The notes below the pieces were generated by a model that was not told where the DNA came from, made no database searches, and was given only the letters and a program-made list of their open reading frames with translations. Position numbers and translations under genes: made by a program. From contig MU006093.1 in the NCBI GenBank assembly GCA_010093705.1, forward strand, positions 1,137,301 to 1,201,300: a stretch of DNA of 64,000 bases, in the 5' to 3' direction. Positions 11,033 through 24,086 of the stretch are shown here, in pieces (the stretch's first letter is position 1; every line of letters starts with the position of its first letter). The stretch is from Patellaria atrata CBS 101060 (Eukaryota).

Positions 11033-12454
11033 ATGCCCTTCGCTCTACTCCGTCCCTCTATGCTTTCCTCCTCTATCTTGAAAGTTCATAGATGATAAGA
11101 TCCTCCCGCTCCAACATCGCGATGACAACCACCGCTTCTTCGACCACCGCCGCGAGCACGCCCGCACAGACTGGGATCACCAAAGTCTCCCGCGGCCCGA
11201 ATGGGAAGCCCTCCTCTCCTAATCCGTTCGGCTCGCCCACGCCGCCGCCGGGTTCTGGCCCCACAGCCTGCCGCACGAGTACGGCGGGTCAGACTGCGGT
11301 ACCGGCCCGGGGGCAAATTTGTGGATGGCAGTTATTAGAGAACATCTTGCATCCAAGAGGGTGGGCTTGTTTAACGATCTGCAAACTGAGCATAGCGTCG
11401 TGGGCAATTTTCCGGATTTGGTCATGATGAGAGAATTCGGCACCCCCGAGCAGATGGACGAGTTCATTCGGGGACGGGTGGAGGGGAAGGTGAGGTTCAC
11501 GGTGGGGCTGACGGAGCGGGACCATGGGACTGATGTGACGTATTTGAAGACGAGGGCGGTGAGGGAGAGTGGAGGGAAGAGAAGGGTGGAGGATTAACGG
11601 GAGGAAGACGTGGCAGACGGGTATGCACGTTGCGACGCATTGTTTTGTTTTTACGAGGACCTTGGGGGAGGATGGGTCGGACTGGGGCATTACGTGTTTT
11701 GTGGTGCCTACGGAGACAAAGGGGATCGAGGTGGAGAGTTATGAATGATAGGTAAGAGCCCCCTCTAACATGGAACTTCTATCATGGAATGGAAGTATTG
11801 AGAACTAAAAGGGTTCAGGACTATGAATATGCCGACTGACCACGCCACTGTCTCTTTTAGCAAATGTATGGGTTCCTTCATCCGCCATTCTTAGAGAACT
11901 CAACCTACGACTCCCACTTGCTAAAGCTTTGATTCAGGAATACTGCATCAGTCAAGCAGCATCGTCACTCGGGGCCGCTGTTTACTGTGTCGAGCAATCT
12001 GTTGAGTATGCGAACAAGCAGGCTTCATTCGGAAAGCCGCTCTCACACAATCAAGGAATTCAGTTTCCACTCGTTGAACTGGCCATACAATGTGAGATGC
12101 TACGATTGCTTATAAGGAAGACGGCTTTACAAATGGATAGTATGTCGCATCGGGAGGTCGAGAAGAGGTTGGGAGATGAAATTAGCATGTGTAACTACTG
12201 GGCTAACCGTAAGTGGACCCAACACTCAGATATAGCGTAACAGGAGTATGTCGACGCTAAATCCAGGTCTATGTTGTGAGGCAGCGGATAGAGCAATACA
12301 AGTCCATGGTGGTCTAAGGTGTGGAAGAGAGCTACCTTTCGAACATATCTGGCGGCATCACCGCAAATACAGGAATACGGAAGGGTCCGAAGAGATTCAG
12401 ATGCGGAACGTAGCTGCACATCTATTCGAATTTGGAGGAAGGAGGAGCGAGTGA
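11033..12454 (+). pseudogene. Acyl-CoA dehydrogenase pseudogene
   Basis: ACAD motifs (GLTERDHGTD, WRINGRKTW, FGKPLSHNQGIQFPL, AIQVHGG, TEGSEEIQMR) are spread over several frames. In-frame TAA 11220-11222, TGA 11746-11748, and frameshifts near 11050-11080, 11580 and 11862. Confidence 0.85.
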
Positions 12455-12926
12455 AATTTGGCTTAAGTGCACTATACATAGGTCAGAAATATGCTTTATT
12501 AGACTGTATATAGTGCAAAAGAATTACAGGATAATCTAAAGTTTCATTGTTAGATAAAGCGGATATGTTTGCTCGGACATAAGTCTAATAGCTCTAACAG
12601 ATATCTGGGGATAGGAAAGGTTTGTGTTGATCTAATGAAACCGTTCTTTAGGTGAAGATGCATTTGGGAGGTGTGGTGATTCCAAAGTGACCCCTTAAAC
12701 TGTTTTACCGCCTTTATGATGTTGTTGTACGATAATTTCAATAGTTGCTGTACAAATAACCCATTGGACTGTACTAGCAAACTTATGAACTATTCGGAAC
12801 TCGCTAATTTCTAGAAAGGACTGGGAGCACTAGGAGTACTAGGGCCAATATAGTGTGATATAACTAGGAGATCAATAGCAAGGAAAATAGAGATATCATC
12901 AACTATAATTATTCCAGTATTTACAA

Positions 12927-14849
12927 TCATAGCTCCTTGGTGGCACTCTTCTCAACGGGGGAGGCCTCGTTATCCCTCGTATATTCTCCGGCCACCACAC
13001 CAACATCCATAGGATCAGCGTCTTTAGGAACCGGTGGGCCCGTGAAGTCTTTCCTACCTCTAACGAAATACCACGCAACGCTGATCGACGCGAACCCAGC
13101 AAATACGACAGACGCATAATTCATCGACGAGGCAGTGACAGGGAGTGCGACGGGCATACAGAACAGAACCACTGCAAGACAGATCCAAAATATACAGATA
13201 AGGTTGATAGCGTACCCAAAACGGCCGAGAGAGAATGTTGAATGGCGTACCATTTTTCGACCTCTGAGGACCGAGACTAGGATTGGAAGGCCGTAGGATG
13301 TGGAGAGGCAAATGGTTGCTACAGCCGTGAAAGCATTGAAGGCGGCGGCTGAGCCGAAGTAAATCAGACCGAGCAAACAATCTACGACCGTAGACAGAAC
13401 GAGACCCCAAAGGGGGATATCGAAACGCTTGTCAACTCTCTTCCATATACGTGAGCCGGGGATAGCACCATCTCGCGCGAACGCATAGGTACATCTTGAA
13501 GCCGCGGTCAAAGCACCAACGCCAGCGAAAAACCAGATTCCTAGAATGAGAAAGAGTAGACCAAACCCTCCTCCTGCGGATCCTGTCACAGTTTTGAAGA
13601 GGAGACCGATAGGTTGCCCGTTCGCTACACCAAGTAAGAGTTCAACCGGAGGTAGAACGAAAAGGATCGGAATGAGGTATAGTGCACCTGTAATACCAGC
13701 AGCCGCAACGGAGAGAACTATGGCTTTAGGGACCTCTCTTTCAGGATTTTGGACTTCTTCGCACATTGCCGCGACCATACCATAGCTCGTAAGAGTGTAG
13801 GCAGCCTGGAGGAGCCCTACGAAAAATGCCCACCCAGAAGGCCTATATATCAAATTTAGATTAGTTTCCAATCTCTCCATCTTGTATGTTTCACTTACCA
13901 GCCGCTGGCAGAAGCGTCATAGTGAGCGAAGACGAACTCCCCACTGCGTCTGTCGTCCGCCATGGATAGTAGAGTGATTAAAATGATGATAACACTGGCA
14001 GCGGTCCAGTAGATACAAATCTTATTCAAAAGGTCAAGGTACCTAGATCCGAAGATGTTTACTGCCATGCAAATAAGCATGACCGCCCAGAACATCAAAA
14101 CAGTCTGCCACTCATTCGGGACATAATCCTCATCCCACAAGGTGATTGCAGATAGGATTAACTGCGCTCCTCCAAAATTGATACTGAGGGTGACCGTCCA
14201 ATTTCCCACCAAGGTTAACCAACCCGTTATCCAACTCGCCAGTGGAGCCCACTTCTTGGTTGATATCATAGCAGCCCAATAATACACACCGCCAGCGGTA
14301 GGATATACGGCGCAAATTTCAGCCAATGAAGCAGCAATAGAAAGAGAGATTAAGGATACAAAGATCCAGCCCCAGATGACAGTAACGCTCTGGCCATCAG
14401 TAAGTGTAATGTACAGGGTCGTACTCAGACCGTATGGTGCCGCCATGATGGCGAAGGACCTGTACAATATTTGAATAAAAGTTGTCCACGATCATTCTAA
14501 GGGGACTTACAGTCCTAGGACACTGAGCATGCTGAGGCTTCGAGGTCTATACGTGGACAGTTAGTATCTCAAACATGTAATTACGACCCGGAGGAAATGA
14601 CACAGCAGGCTGGAAGTGAGCAACTCAAAATGCGCTGTACAGCTGCATGTTCTGTTGGAGCTCAACTACAGAATGAGTCCGTACGATCATTAAGCTGTTC
14701 GATTGTACAGCATTGCATTATGGGAATAGCGTACAGCTTCAAAACATCGGGAGTGCTCACAGTTCGCTCTTATAACCCATCTTCGCCAATGCTGCATCAG
14801 CATCTTGGTCAACGACGGAGCCATGCCTCCCGATAGACGGTCTCCTCAT
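12927..14849 (-). CDS. APC-superfamily amino acid/GABA/choline permease (Uga4/Hnm1-like), 4 exons
   Basis: ATG 14849; LAKMGYKSEL|PRSLSMLSVLGL|SFAIMA, SLAEICAVYPTAGGVYYW, AFARDGAIP, MNYASV; many hydrophobic segments. Confidence 0.9.
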
Positions 14850-15868
14850 GGTCGGATAAATATCGATATTATCTGGTTAATAGGAGTATTAGTCGTTTGT
14901 ACTTCTAGGGCAGCGCATATAGCTGATATCTATCAAGGACGAGCTGGCTGCTCACACGTGATAATATAACGAGTATATATCCAATGTGTTTTGAAATAGG
15001 CTTAAGTAGAGAGACGTCTCATGGCGCATGAAGCATACCTGGTACTTCAATATGCGTCCTGAGGGTACTAAAATAGAGCAAATTGACTTTCGGATCACGT
15101 CTAAACGGAAAAGGACTTATGAGCTATGGAAACAAACTCACCTTAAAACGAGAACTATCTGTACCTAAATTACTATACTTTTCGTTCAAAAACAATAAAA
15201 ATACATGTAGCTGGCAAGAAGATGCAGACTTGGATGCAGGGCCACGAGGGGGTAGGGAGGAGATAAGGATCATAAGGTGTATATCCCTCAGGCTAACGCG
15301 CCCAAGCCACTGTCATCATGGAGATCCGGGGTCACTCATTGGTCGTCACGCTTACTACAACGGGATAGAAAGGTCCGATATCTTTTATGCCTTGGTCCCC
15401 TTAAGCTTCTTTGAACCTCCTAGATACTCGCCTACAGAATCTCCTTTGTACCTTAATAAATCATCCGTTATGAGGTCTCGAAGTTAAGAACATTCAGTTG
15501 TGAGATCCTCCAGGAGTCGAGGGGGAAGAAGCTTTTTTTAATTACAACGAAGTCGCGATACAGATTTCACAGTTGACGGGGTTGGGCGTAATAGTTAGTA
15601 TCTGCACTATTGTGCCAGGCTGATACTTATTGCCGTATAGTGCTCCCTATTGGGGCAGGTGTTGAACACTTGATAGTGACTCATATTTGAAATCATTTCT
15701 CCTCTCATTAGTTGTAGGAGTATTGTTTAAAGGAATAGTCTCTGATCATGTATACTATCTATCGTAATATCATTCCTTCCATGAGCCCATTCCCATGCTT
15801 AGTCATTACTGAATAGTCTCAGTGCGTGTTGTCGTTACCATTAATGATTGTGCAACAATAGGATGCGT

Positions 15869-18056
15869 CTAAATCCTCGATAACACGACAACAGACTCGT
15901 CTTCTTCTTGATCTCCGGTCCAGTCCTCGTCGCCGCTTGCTTCAGAGTCCAAGAAATCCTGTTCTGTAAGCAGTACATCTCTCGGGCGAAGATTGTCGAT
16001 CCGGATGTCAACAACTTCACACATGCCTTGGATGAACCTTTCCTGAGCTGACTTCCATTCTTTCGGTGCATCCGATTCATCGTTCGACGACTCATGATAA
16101 TTTCTCGGACGCAATCTTCGAACCTCACGATGTCCCGTCTTTGTAAGAGAAAGGTCTCGAGCTGACGTGATCAAGCCTTCATTACCTGAACCTCTCCTTC
16201 TCATGTCAATCTGAACATGACTGAGTTTCACCGCGTTCGGACGGCTGACGACAGCTTCCTTCCACTCTCTGAAGGTTCTAAGAGATCTAAGGTGTTGACT
16301 GGGTGGGGATGATTTCCTTAGAAATACTTTCTGCAAGATACCGATCCATCGTTCACGGAATCCTGCTCTATCACGCCATCCTATATCGATGATGGCCTTG
16401 AGTACGAGCTTCCGTAGGTATGGTAACTCATCCGCAGCGTTTAATAACGATTCGAAAAGCAGCTCAGCAGCCCCGGCCGTCCATTTTCTTAGATGAATCA
16501 ATTCGATCGATTGTAGGGTAGAAGGCCAGGTTGGAATGTCACTCGGGTCTAAAAGAGCAAGGTAGAGAGGCTCGGATGCATTTTTCACAACAAGTCTGCT
16601 GGTGTAATTCAAATCCATGTGTAATGATTCAAGGTGCGGACAAGTCCGTTTGAGATTTGTAAGGAATTGTAGATCTAGCGACTGATTGTGGTCAAGAACT
16701 AGCTCCCTAAGTCCGGCCCCACGGTCTAGCAGGAAGGCGTCCAGAGGTTTTGAAGTAAGATGATTACAATTACTAATTTCTAGCGTGACGAGTCTTTCAG
16801 GTAGGAGAGAAGCAAACTTGTCATCCATTATAGGACAGTGTTGAAAGGATAACGATTTTAGCCCAGGAAGAAGTTGGATCACACTAGCGAGAAGTTCTGA
16901 TTGCTCGATGCGTTGCTCAATACGTGGCGCTTCAGCTGCAAAATTCAGTAATATCAAAGTTTTAAGACTTTGAAACGAAGGGTGTTGATGAATCTCTGAT
17001 ATCCATGACAGGTCCTGCTGTTGCTTGAAGAGTAAGCTAGAATTCCATGTCCAGGATCTGAGCCGTTGACCGGTGTCGCGAAGAGCGTCAAATATATCAT
17101 TTGTATAATGCCAACGGAAATGCGGGGCAGCAGACCCAAATTCTTCGAAGGAATTGATTATGGTGATAGTGTTAAGGCGCGGTAAGTGTGGTAACAAATC
17201 ACCGAGGCGAAAGAGGCCCCTTCCTGGCGCACTATGTGCCAGCGCTTTCGATATATCTAACTCAAGACATTGAATTCTTTGCTGATAGTTGAAGAAATGG
17301 GATTGTGCTGGCCGAGCTAGCAATTCCAAGAGCCTGTGCGGTTTATCTAGAGCTAGTAGCGGAGGTGATCTATACAGAGCTGTAAGCGCTGCGTCGGCGA
17401 ATGCGCGGCAAACACGAGACATCGACACTAGCCATAATATTGAAGATGTCGGTTGATAGCTCTCAGTGTGAAGAGGGTGCGAAGCGTAGGTGAAGATTTG
17501 TAGTAAGACTTCGTAAGGGAGAGAAGCCCATTGAGGGATCTTGTTATCAGTTGGAATCGTTGGTACCGCATTCTTGACGTTGACTTTTGCTTGAGGTGCT
17601 AGAATCAGGTGAGTACTTGGGCATTTTACCATTGGTGGTGATAAACATACCTCTCTTGGGTCGTTGGCCTAGAGGTCTTGTTAATGCTCGTAGTTGTCCC
17701 CCAACCTGACGAGAGCGAGGTGCTTGCGGCGTTGATCGCTTGACCCGTTTCGGTGGTGGGAGCGCAATATCTTCATCATCAACCGTATTGTCGTTATCAT
17801 CATCTAGTTCATCATTCGAGCTCAATTCCTTATACGAGACTCGAGCTTTCCCCCTCCGTTTAGAGACATGGTCGCTTGGATCCTCTAGAGCACGAGCACG
17901 AGTGCGGGCGTTTGTGCGCGAGGAATGAGCTCGCGGAGGAGTTTGAATGTTCTCCTTTGTTGAATCGTAGCCGCCCTCGGACTCGGATGATGACTCTCTG
18001 TAAGACACCTTCGCGCGAGTGCGGCGTGCTTTGGTGGTGCTACCGGATGCGGTCAT
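15869..18056 (-). CDS. F-box-like / RNI-like leucine-rich repeat protein with charged N-terminus, 2 exons
   Basis: WASLPYEVLLQIFTY F-box-like motif and LRR-like units (LKSLSFQHC, LVTLEISNC, LRELVLDHN). Intron about 17650-17599 joins the two ORFs. Confidence 0.75.
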
Positions 18057-18892
18057 TGTAATTTATAGTTCTATGGCGCAGGTGTGATTTGGCGGGTTAT
18101 CGCTGATTTCACAAGTTGACCCATAATGGGGAGATATGATTCATTTGTATATCACCGTTAGCATGTGTTGGGGACAAATGGGACCCTGGAATGACGATGA
18201 GGCGAAAGTTAAGTTGCAAATCCCTTGCGAAGGACAGCGAGTCATTTTCCTCAAAACACCTGGAGCTACCCGAGTCAGAGAGGCCAGTATTAAAAAGTAC
18301 TTGACTTGGCGTCTCCTTGCGCGACTGTTCGCATCCGTCCTACATACACATGTGAACCATTTTCTCCTTAACTTCACTTCCCCTGTGTCTAAATTTCAAT
18401 GAGCTCCTATTCACGTCTAACATTGGCCAGGCATTACCTATCGAAGCTTTCTAGAAATAGTTCTTAAGTATTACCTAGCTACCTACCCCAATGGGTATTT
18501 TGGATAGGAGTAATTGAGTACAAACAAACTAAAAGAAGAGAGTTAGGACGGTTTCGAAAATCATTATCTTTGCTCTTCCATAGCCTTTATTAAGCTTTCA
18601 AAGTTGATGTGATGAGATTAGAGTATGCAGTTCCGCTATCTTGATACTTGGTCAAACAGAGGGATTCCTGCAGTTAATTAAGCGGACACGGACGCGTCTC
18701 CTTCTTCTTACCTCGTATCATGCATTTGAACGTTACCATTCTTGCGTACATACGGTATCAGGTTGCGATCTACAAGAGTTGCCCACAGAGTCCGTTCTAC
18801 AATGAGTATACACTTGCAATAAGCAGCTTTCGAGAACCAGCCACTTAACTGTTTCTGAGTCCTATCGGTCCTCATCGTGAGCCGTAATAATA

Positions 18893-21162
18893 ATGGCTCT
18901 ATACGATTTGCAAAAGTATATGAAGGGAACCATCTTGTCTGAGCGTTTCTCAGGAGAGTCCAGAAACCCGTCTTTCCTTAGAAGGAACCTGAATGCAGCT
19001 CTCGACTACCATAAACGTCTATTGCAGGATCAAAGGAACAACAAATCTTCGTCATTATTATCACCTATAGATCAAAGCGACCGGGACTATGAACCAAGAA
19101 TACCATGGTCACTAGCTCACGATGGCCTTCTCAATGAAGTGGAGAGAGCCCTAGAACCTGCTTTGTACATCAACATCTCAAGCTTTAAGCTTCCTCATTA
19201 CAATTACGAGACTTCGTTCAACGACGTCGCTGTCAAAATTCATGTAATCTGGGCCAGATTCGAACTAAATATTAGAGTTGATAACTCCAATGGGGATTCT
19301 CATTTCTTCTATCGGGATGTTCAAGAAGCAAGACTCGACGTCCTTCAGGGTGGTGATGATACTCTTAAAGTCGATGTAATCCTTGAGCACCCATATCACA
19401 TCGCATCCCGAATGTTTACTATTCTAGATGCTGATCAGTCAACTTTTAAAATATCTGAGAGATACAAAACACAATTCAACTTCTGCTTCAAAAACCAAGA
19501 AGATGCGAAGTTCATGTTCAATCTTCTCGCTAACGAGTCGGACCAAATATCGGATTTACCGCGCTCTTTATACTTGAGCGCCAGATGGAAAAATTTACCA
19601 GAGAGAGTTATACCATCCGACCGTATCATAAGAACTTGTCGAGCAGACCGCGGGAGGAGAATTATGATGAAGTATGGACTCAAGGTTGATATGCGGTGGG
19701 AGGCTTTTGTGAAACCAACAACGGCTCTCACCGAGATCAACCGCTTCTTTAAAAAGTCCCGTCAGTCGAATAGCACATCAGTGGGGGAGGTTTCTAAAGT
19801 CAGTCCAAAGCCCTCGTCGGATGTACCCATCACGTACAAATTCAGGGATGTTTATGTTACCAAAGCGATCGTCATAAAAGGATACCAATGTTTCATTTGT
19901 GCAGCCGAACATGTAAACCTAGAAAGGCTGCATTTCCATTTGGTTACTATGCATGAACTACTCACTTTCAAGATTACCCAGAGTCCGTCCATTACCATCA
20001 CCTTTCATCTAGACGAGAGTGAAGCACGCAAAATTCGCCCGAAAGATATCAACTATGATCTATGGTGGGTTTCACCGCGTAAGCCGTTCGATATCAGTAA
20101 GTTCTTGAAGGGCGACAAAAGCTGGGTGGTCAACATGATCGGCGAAGAGGAAAAAGATCCTCAAAACACAAGATCCCAAAAACTCATCATAAGGATGCCC
20201 TCAAAACCCCCGGAAGCCGTCATAGACATCCCACCTCCTAGGCGAAAGAGATACCCCGTTCCGCCCAATCCCTCAGAAGACCGCTGTTTCTTCAGAACCT
20301 CGACCAAACGCGTGCTTGTCGAAGGTGAAATATTAGAGGAGAGCGACGACGACATTGACGAGGAGTGGATCAAGCTCCGTAGAAATGTGATCGTCAAGGA
20401 CTACCCAATACCAGAGTACGCGAAGCGCTTCATGATCCGCTGGGACAACCATTTCATGGCCGAACGAGTGCACGCTGATGCTTATGTCAGCGACTCACTA
20501 GTACGATTTATCAGGCAGAACAGAAACTGGCTCGGTGAGCTGTCAATAGCGCTCGCGTGCCATAAAAAAATCTGTGAGCTGAAGTTGGACGGTTTGGTCA
20601 GCCAAAAAACCTTCGATTGGTGCACACAACAGCTCAAAGAGGCCGTTACTAGACATCCAGATGGCCCAAGACTCAACCCAGGCAAATACGGAGACTTTAC
20701 GATACTCCCTGCAGAGGACTCTGATAAAGATGAGGATCCAGACGGCTTGTACGAAGAACACTCCCCACCGAAGCGACGAAGAGGTGATAAGGGCACCCTT
20801 GTAGCTGATGGCTCGACAGTCCGAAAAGAACCCAGAAAGATGAAGGTTGTAGGCAATGGCGACTTGCAAGGCGGCCTAGCATCGGTTTTGGAAAATTTCA
20901 AGATAGTCGAGCGTGAATCGAGTCCGCCTATTAGGAACGGTGAGACCTGCGTCTGTGGTAAATCGGTCGACTTGCGTGACTTCTTCAAGACGATGACATG
21001 TGATAACCCAGTGAGTGTGCTCAGATACAGGACTGGTGTATGATGGGAGAGAACTGTCACTAACTGAGCCTCTAGGATTGTTTGAGCCCAGAATTTCATG
21101 TTGCATGTGTTGGCCTCGCGAAACGAGTGCCCGGATGGAAGTGTCGGACATGTCGTCAGTAG
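18893..21162 (+). CDS. SUZ12: SUZ12-like Polycomb protein (C2H2 finger, VEFS box) with C-terminal PHD finger; exons 18893-21010, 21076-21162
   Basis: CFIC...LHFHLVTMH zinc finger and FFRTSTKR...ESDDDIDEEWI...KRFMIRWDNHF VEFS-like box. The last exon completes a Cys4-His-Cys3 finger. Confidence 0.75.
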
Positions 21163-22206
21163 GGAGAATGCTGCTGAAGAGCGTATTGGCTCTAGTAGCG
21201 GTGACTATTGATATATATCGAACCGTTATTCCAAGGTAATAGTGTGGAAAGGAGAGACATGATACCCTCTTGTGCGAGCAGACTTTTACATCCGTATTTT
21301 ATAGGACTGAATGTAAATGCAAATGTCTCGAGATTCAGTCATATTGGCACCTTTGGTTACGCAAGTGAGCCTGTCTTAAACTTTACCATGCTGTACCGTG
21401 CCAGTACGAACGCAACATAACTCCACAGGATCAGTACGGGAAGACCGAAACTGTGTTTCTCTTGTTTGGTTCGTGTGTGTTCCCGTACTAGATCTACTAA
21501 CTGTCTAATTAGTCTTGGTTAACGATCGTTCAATGATACGCTCTGGAAGAGCTCTGGACGGACTTGAAGGTCTTATTTGCACACTTCCCCGTTGTAGTTG
21601 TATTCTTCACCCCCTGCAAACTCGCACACGAGGAGGTTTTTGATTAGGGCGTAGAAATGGTGCGAACGCACGAATGGAATGAATGCCAAGCGTAGGTGAG
21701 GCTTGAGTATACATAACGGAGGTCTCTGGGCCGAGCAGTAGGCCAGTAGTAGTCTCCCCTTACCTGGTGAAAGCTATATACGGAGAACAACTGGGTCTAC
21801 ATATACGTAGAAAGTACTTAAATGCTCCCCTCGCAAAAAGTGGAATTGCAATAAGTTATAAAGTTATATCTAAATACGGGAGAGAGATATATCAACGGTT
21901 CGCATCTAAATAGATGCGGCGTGTTTTTCCATTTATTCTATCTACTAAAATCCTACACTTCTTCAGCCGACTAACTAGAAGTAATGCAGAAGCACTGCAT
22001 TCGTAAAGGACATCGCTACAGGTGGCAACTGCCATCTGCACACATCAGGTAGTGAGGTTTCAGAACTCTGATGACGACGTGACCAACACACTTTTCTTAT
22101 GACCGATAGACTACACACTGCTAGCGGTGTGACGGATATACGTTCTTGAGCAAGCATGTCATGGCATCCAGCTCCTCTGATGAGGATGAAATTTCAATTA
22201 AAACGG

Positions 22207-22650
22207 TCAACCACACTCGTTCGAGGGATGGATCCCCGTTCGTGCGCTGCGTAATGACCCATGTGGTCGACCTAAGACAGCGGCTTTGACTAACGACTGA
22301 ACGGTGTCGTCGTTCAGAGTTGGTAAGAAGCCCCATGGCTGTAACCTTGTCCATTCAGTGAGCACGAAATGAATTATTTCCCATGGGGACAACCCGGTGA
22401 GTATCTGCAAAGTTAACTCAACAGGTAAAGGCCAAATATGCCCAAAGGCTGGGCCAGCTGCTTCGCCCTCTTCTAGATTCTCTATTTCGATCAATGAAAG
22501 CGATGGAAGTTTCACCTTCTGCGACAATGGATGGTATCCTGCAAACGCGAGGTTGATGATTGCGTCGGGCGGCAGATACCCGATCACCTCATCAAAGAGT
22601 TCTTGCGGAAGGTTGAATAAAGTTGGGGAGGGACGCGAAGTGGACGACAT
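22207..22650 (-). CDS. Small hypothetical protein with two F-box-like motifs
   Basis: LFNLPQELFDEVIGYLPP and IWPLPVELTLQILTGLSP in a 147-aa ORF. Confidence 0.55.
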   Translation of the reverse strand: MSSTSRPSPTLFNLPQELFDEVIGYLPPDAIINLAFAGYHPLSQKVKLPSLSLIEIENLEEGEAAGPAFGHIWPLPVELTLQILTGLSPWEIIHFVLTEWTRLQPWGFLPTLNDDTVQSLVKAAVLGRPHGSLRSARTGIHPSNECG

Positions 22651-22758
22651 GGTCGACGGCCACGATAGCAAAGTTTATATGTAAGGGGTAGTTGGAGTGA
22701 CAGCACGTGCTAAGCCGGTTGAATGGCGACCTCGCGACGGATCCACTATTGGACGGTC

Positions 22759-23580
22759 TCAGTCGCTGTGAGGCTTTTGTGCTGATGTTATTGGGTCTGG
22801 TATTGAGCTAAGCCACCTCCAAATTGCAATTGAGAGGAACCACGCGCAGACAGCCAGGAAGATGATATAGAGAGCAGTTGAGATCAAAGAGCGAGGGAAT
22901 ATGTTTAGTAGGTAAGGGTCGAGGACTGTTATTGGGTTAGAGATGCCCTTTACTACATATTGTTTTTGTATAACTCACTTATGTCAACTTCAACTGGGGG
23001 AGGACTTTTCATAAGAGTTTGATTGGACGTGAAGAAGTCGGCAGCCGCGTGTACTTGAAGGAACAATGCGGATATCTCGTCAGGTCTATCTTTTTCTGGA
23101 TAGTCTGGTGGAGATGTCGCTGCGTGTACGCGCTGTTCCGAAAATTCGGCTAAGGAGGTTGCCAACGTAGGTGTTTCGAAAACAGCAGAGATTGTATGAA
23201 CGTTCAGTGAGAATTGCGTCGGTTGCTTTGACAGACGAAGATTAGCCTATGAGATACTTTGACTAGAAAACCCAAGCGTAACATACAGTAGCAACCCAGC
23301 AAATCCTGAGTTCGTATCTCCTCCCAGGTTCCAACTGTTCGAGCAGATACCAAGATTGAAGACCTTTAAGCTCCTGCTTGGTTGGAAATGCGACCGGAAG
23401 GCGCGTTCGCAATGTATGACGGACGGCAGGAGTAAAAGAGATCAGTCCCAGGTCAGATAGACCTGGGTGAACATTGGGAATGGGTATTGAAGGAGGCGAA
23501 ATGAAAATGACCTTCTCTGTGTTTGCCTTGACGGAGATGGTGAGGAAGAAGAAGATGAAGGTGCAGAGAGCAACAAACAT
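22759..23580 (-). CDS. PGA1: GPI mannosyltransferase II co-activator Pga1-like protein, 3 exons
   Basis: Signal peptide, ANTEKVIF, RYELRICWVAT|QPT, ILDPYLLNIFPRSL and a C-terminal TM segment. Confidence 0.75.
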
Positions 23581-24086
23581 CTTCCACAGGCAAGGAAGTG
23601 GGGCACTTATGATACCATTTGCTCATCACCTAGGTGATAAGCGAGAATAATATTGTGAAGAGAAATCACGTTGACAGAATCAAACGGGTGGTGGTAGTCG
23701 TGAATTTTCTATATATTCACTTTGTAAGGTAAGGGTAAGGAATTGTGACAGGAGGGTGATGATGTTCCCAAACGGGCCCCGCGGTGGTGAAGGGGTCATG
23801 GCACCCTTGGCACGTGCAAGGATATTGGAGCGGTACCTTATGCCTACATTCGGGAAGGTCGGGGGACTAGGTAGTTCTAGGAACTAGAGGTTTGCGCTTG
23901 GCCTACTACCCACAACAAAACATCTGCACTAGTCTGCAGGCAGCGCCAACTGCACATAGTATCACCTCCCACCGCCTTTGCTCAACCCTAAAGATTTACA
24001 ACCGGCTGTACCTTAGACGTTTTCTGAAGCTATCATCGAACCTTCGATAATTATCCCAATATCATTGTTTGAAGGAACCCGTCACC

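Noticed and set aside
14547..14760. Long (214 nt) first intron of the permease as another stwintron
   Set aside because: Donor GTGAGC, branch and acceptor are intact; no inner intron splits a splice signal.
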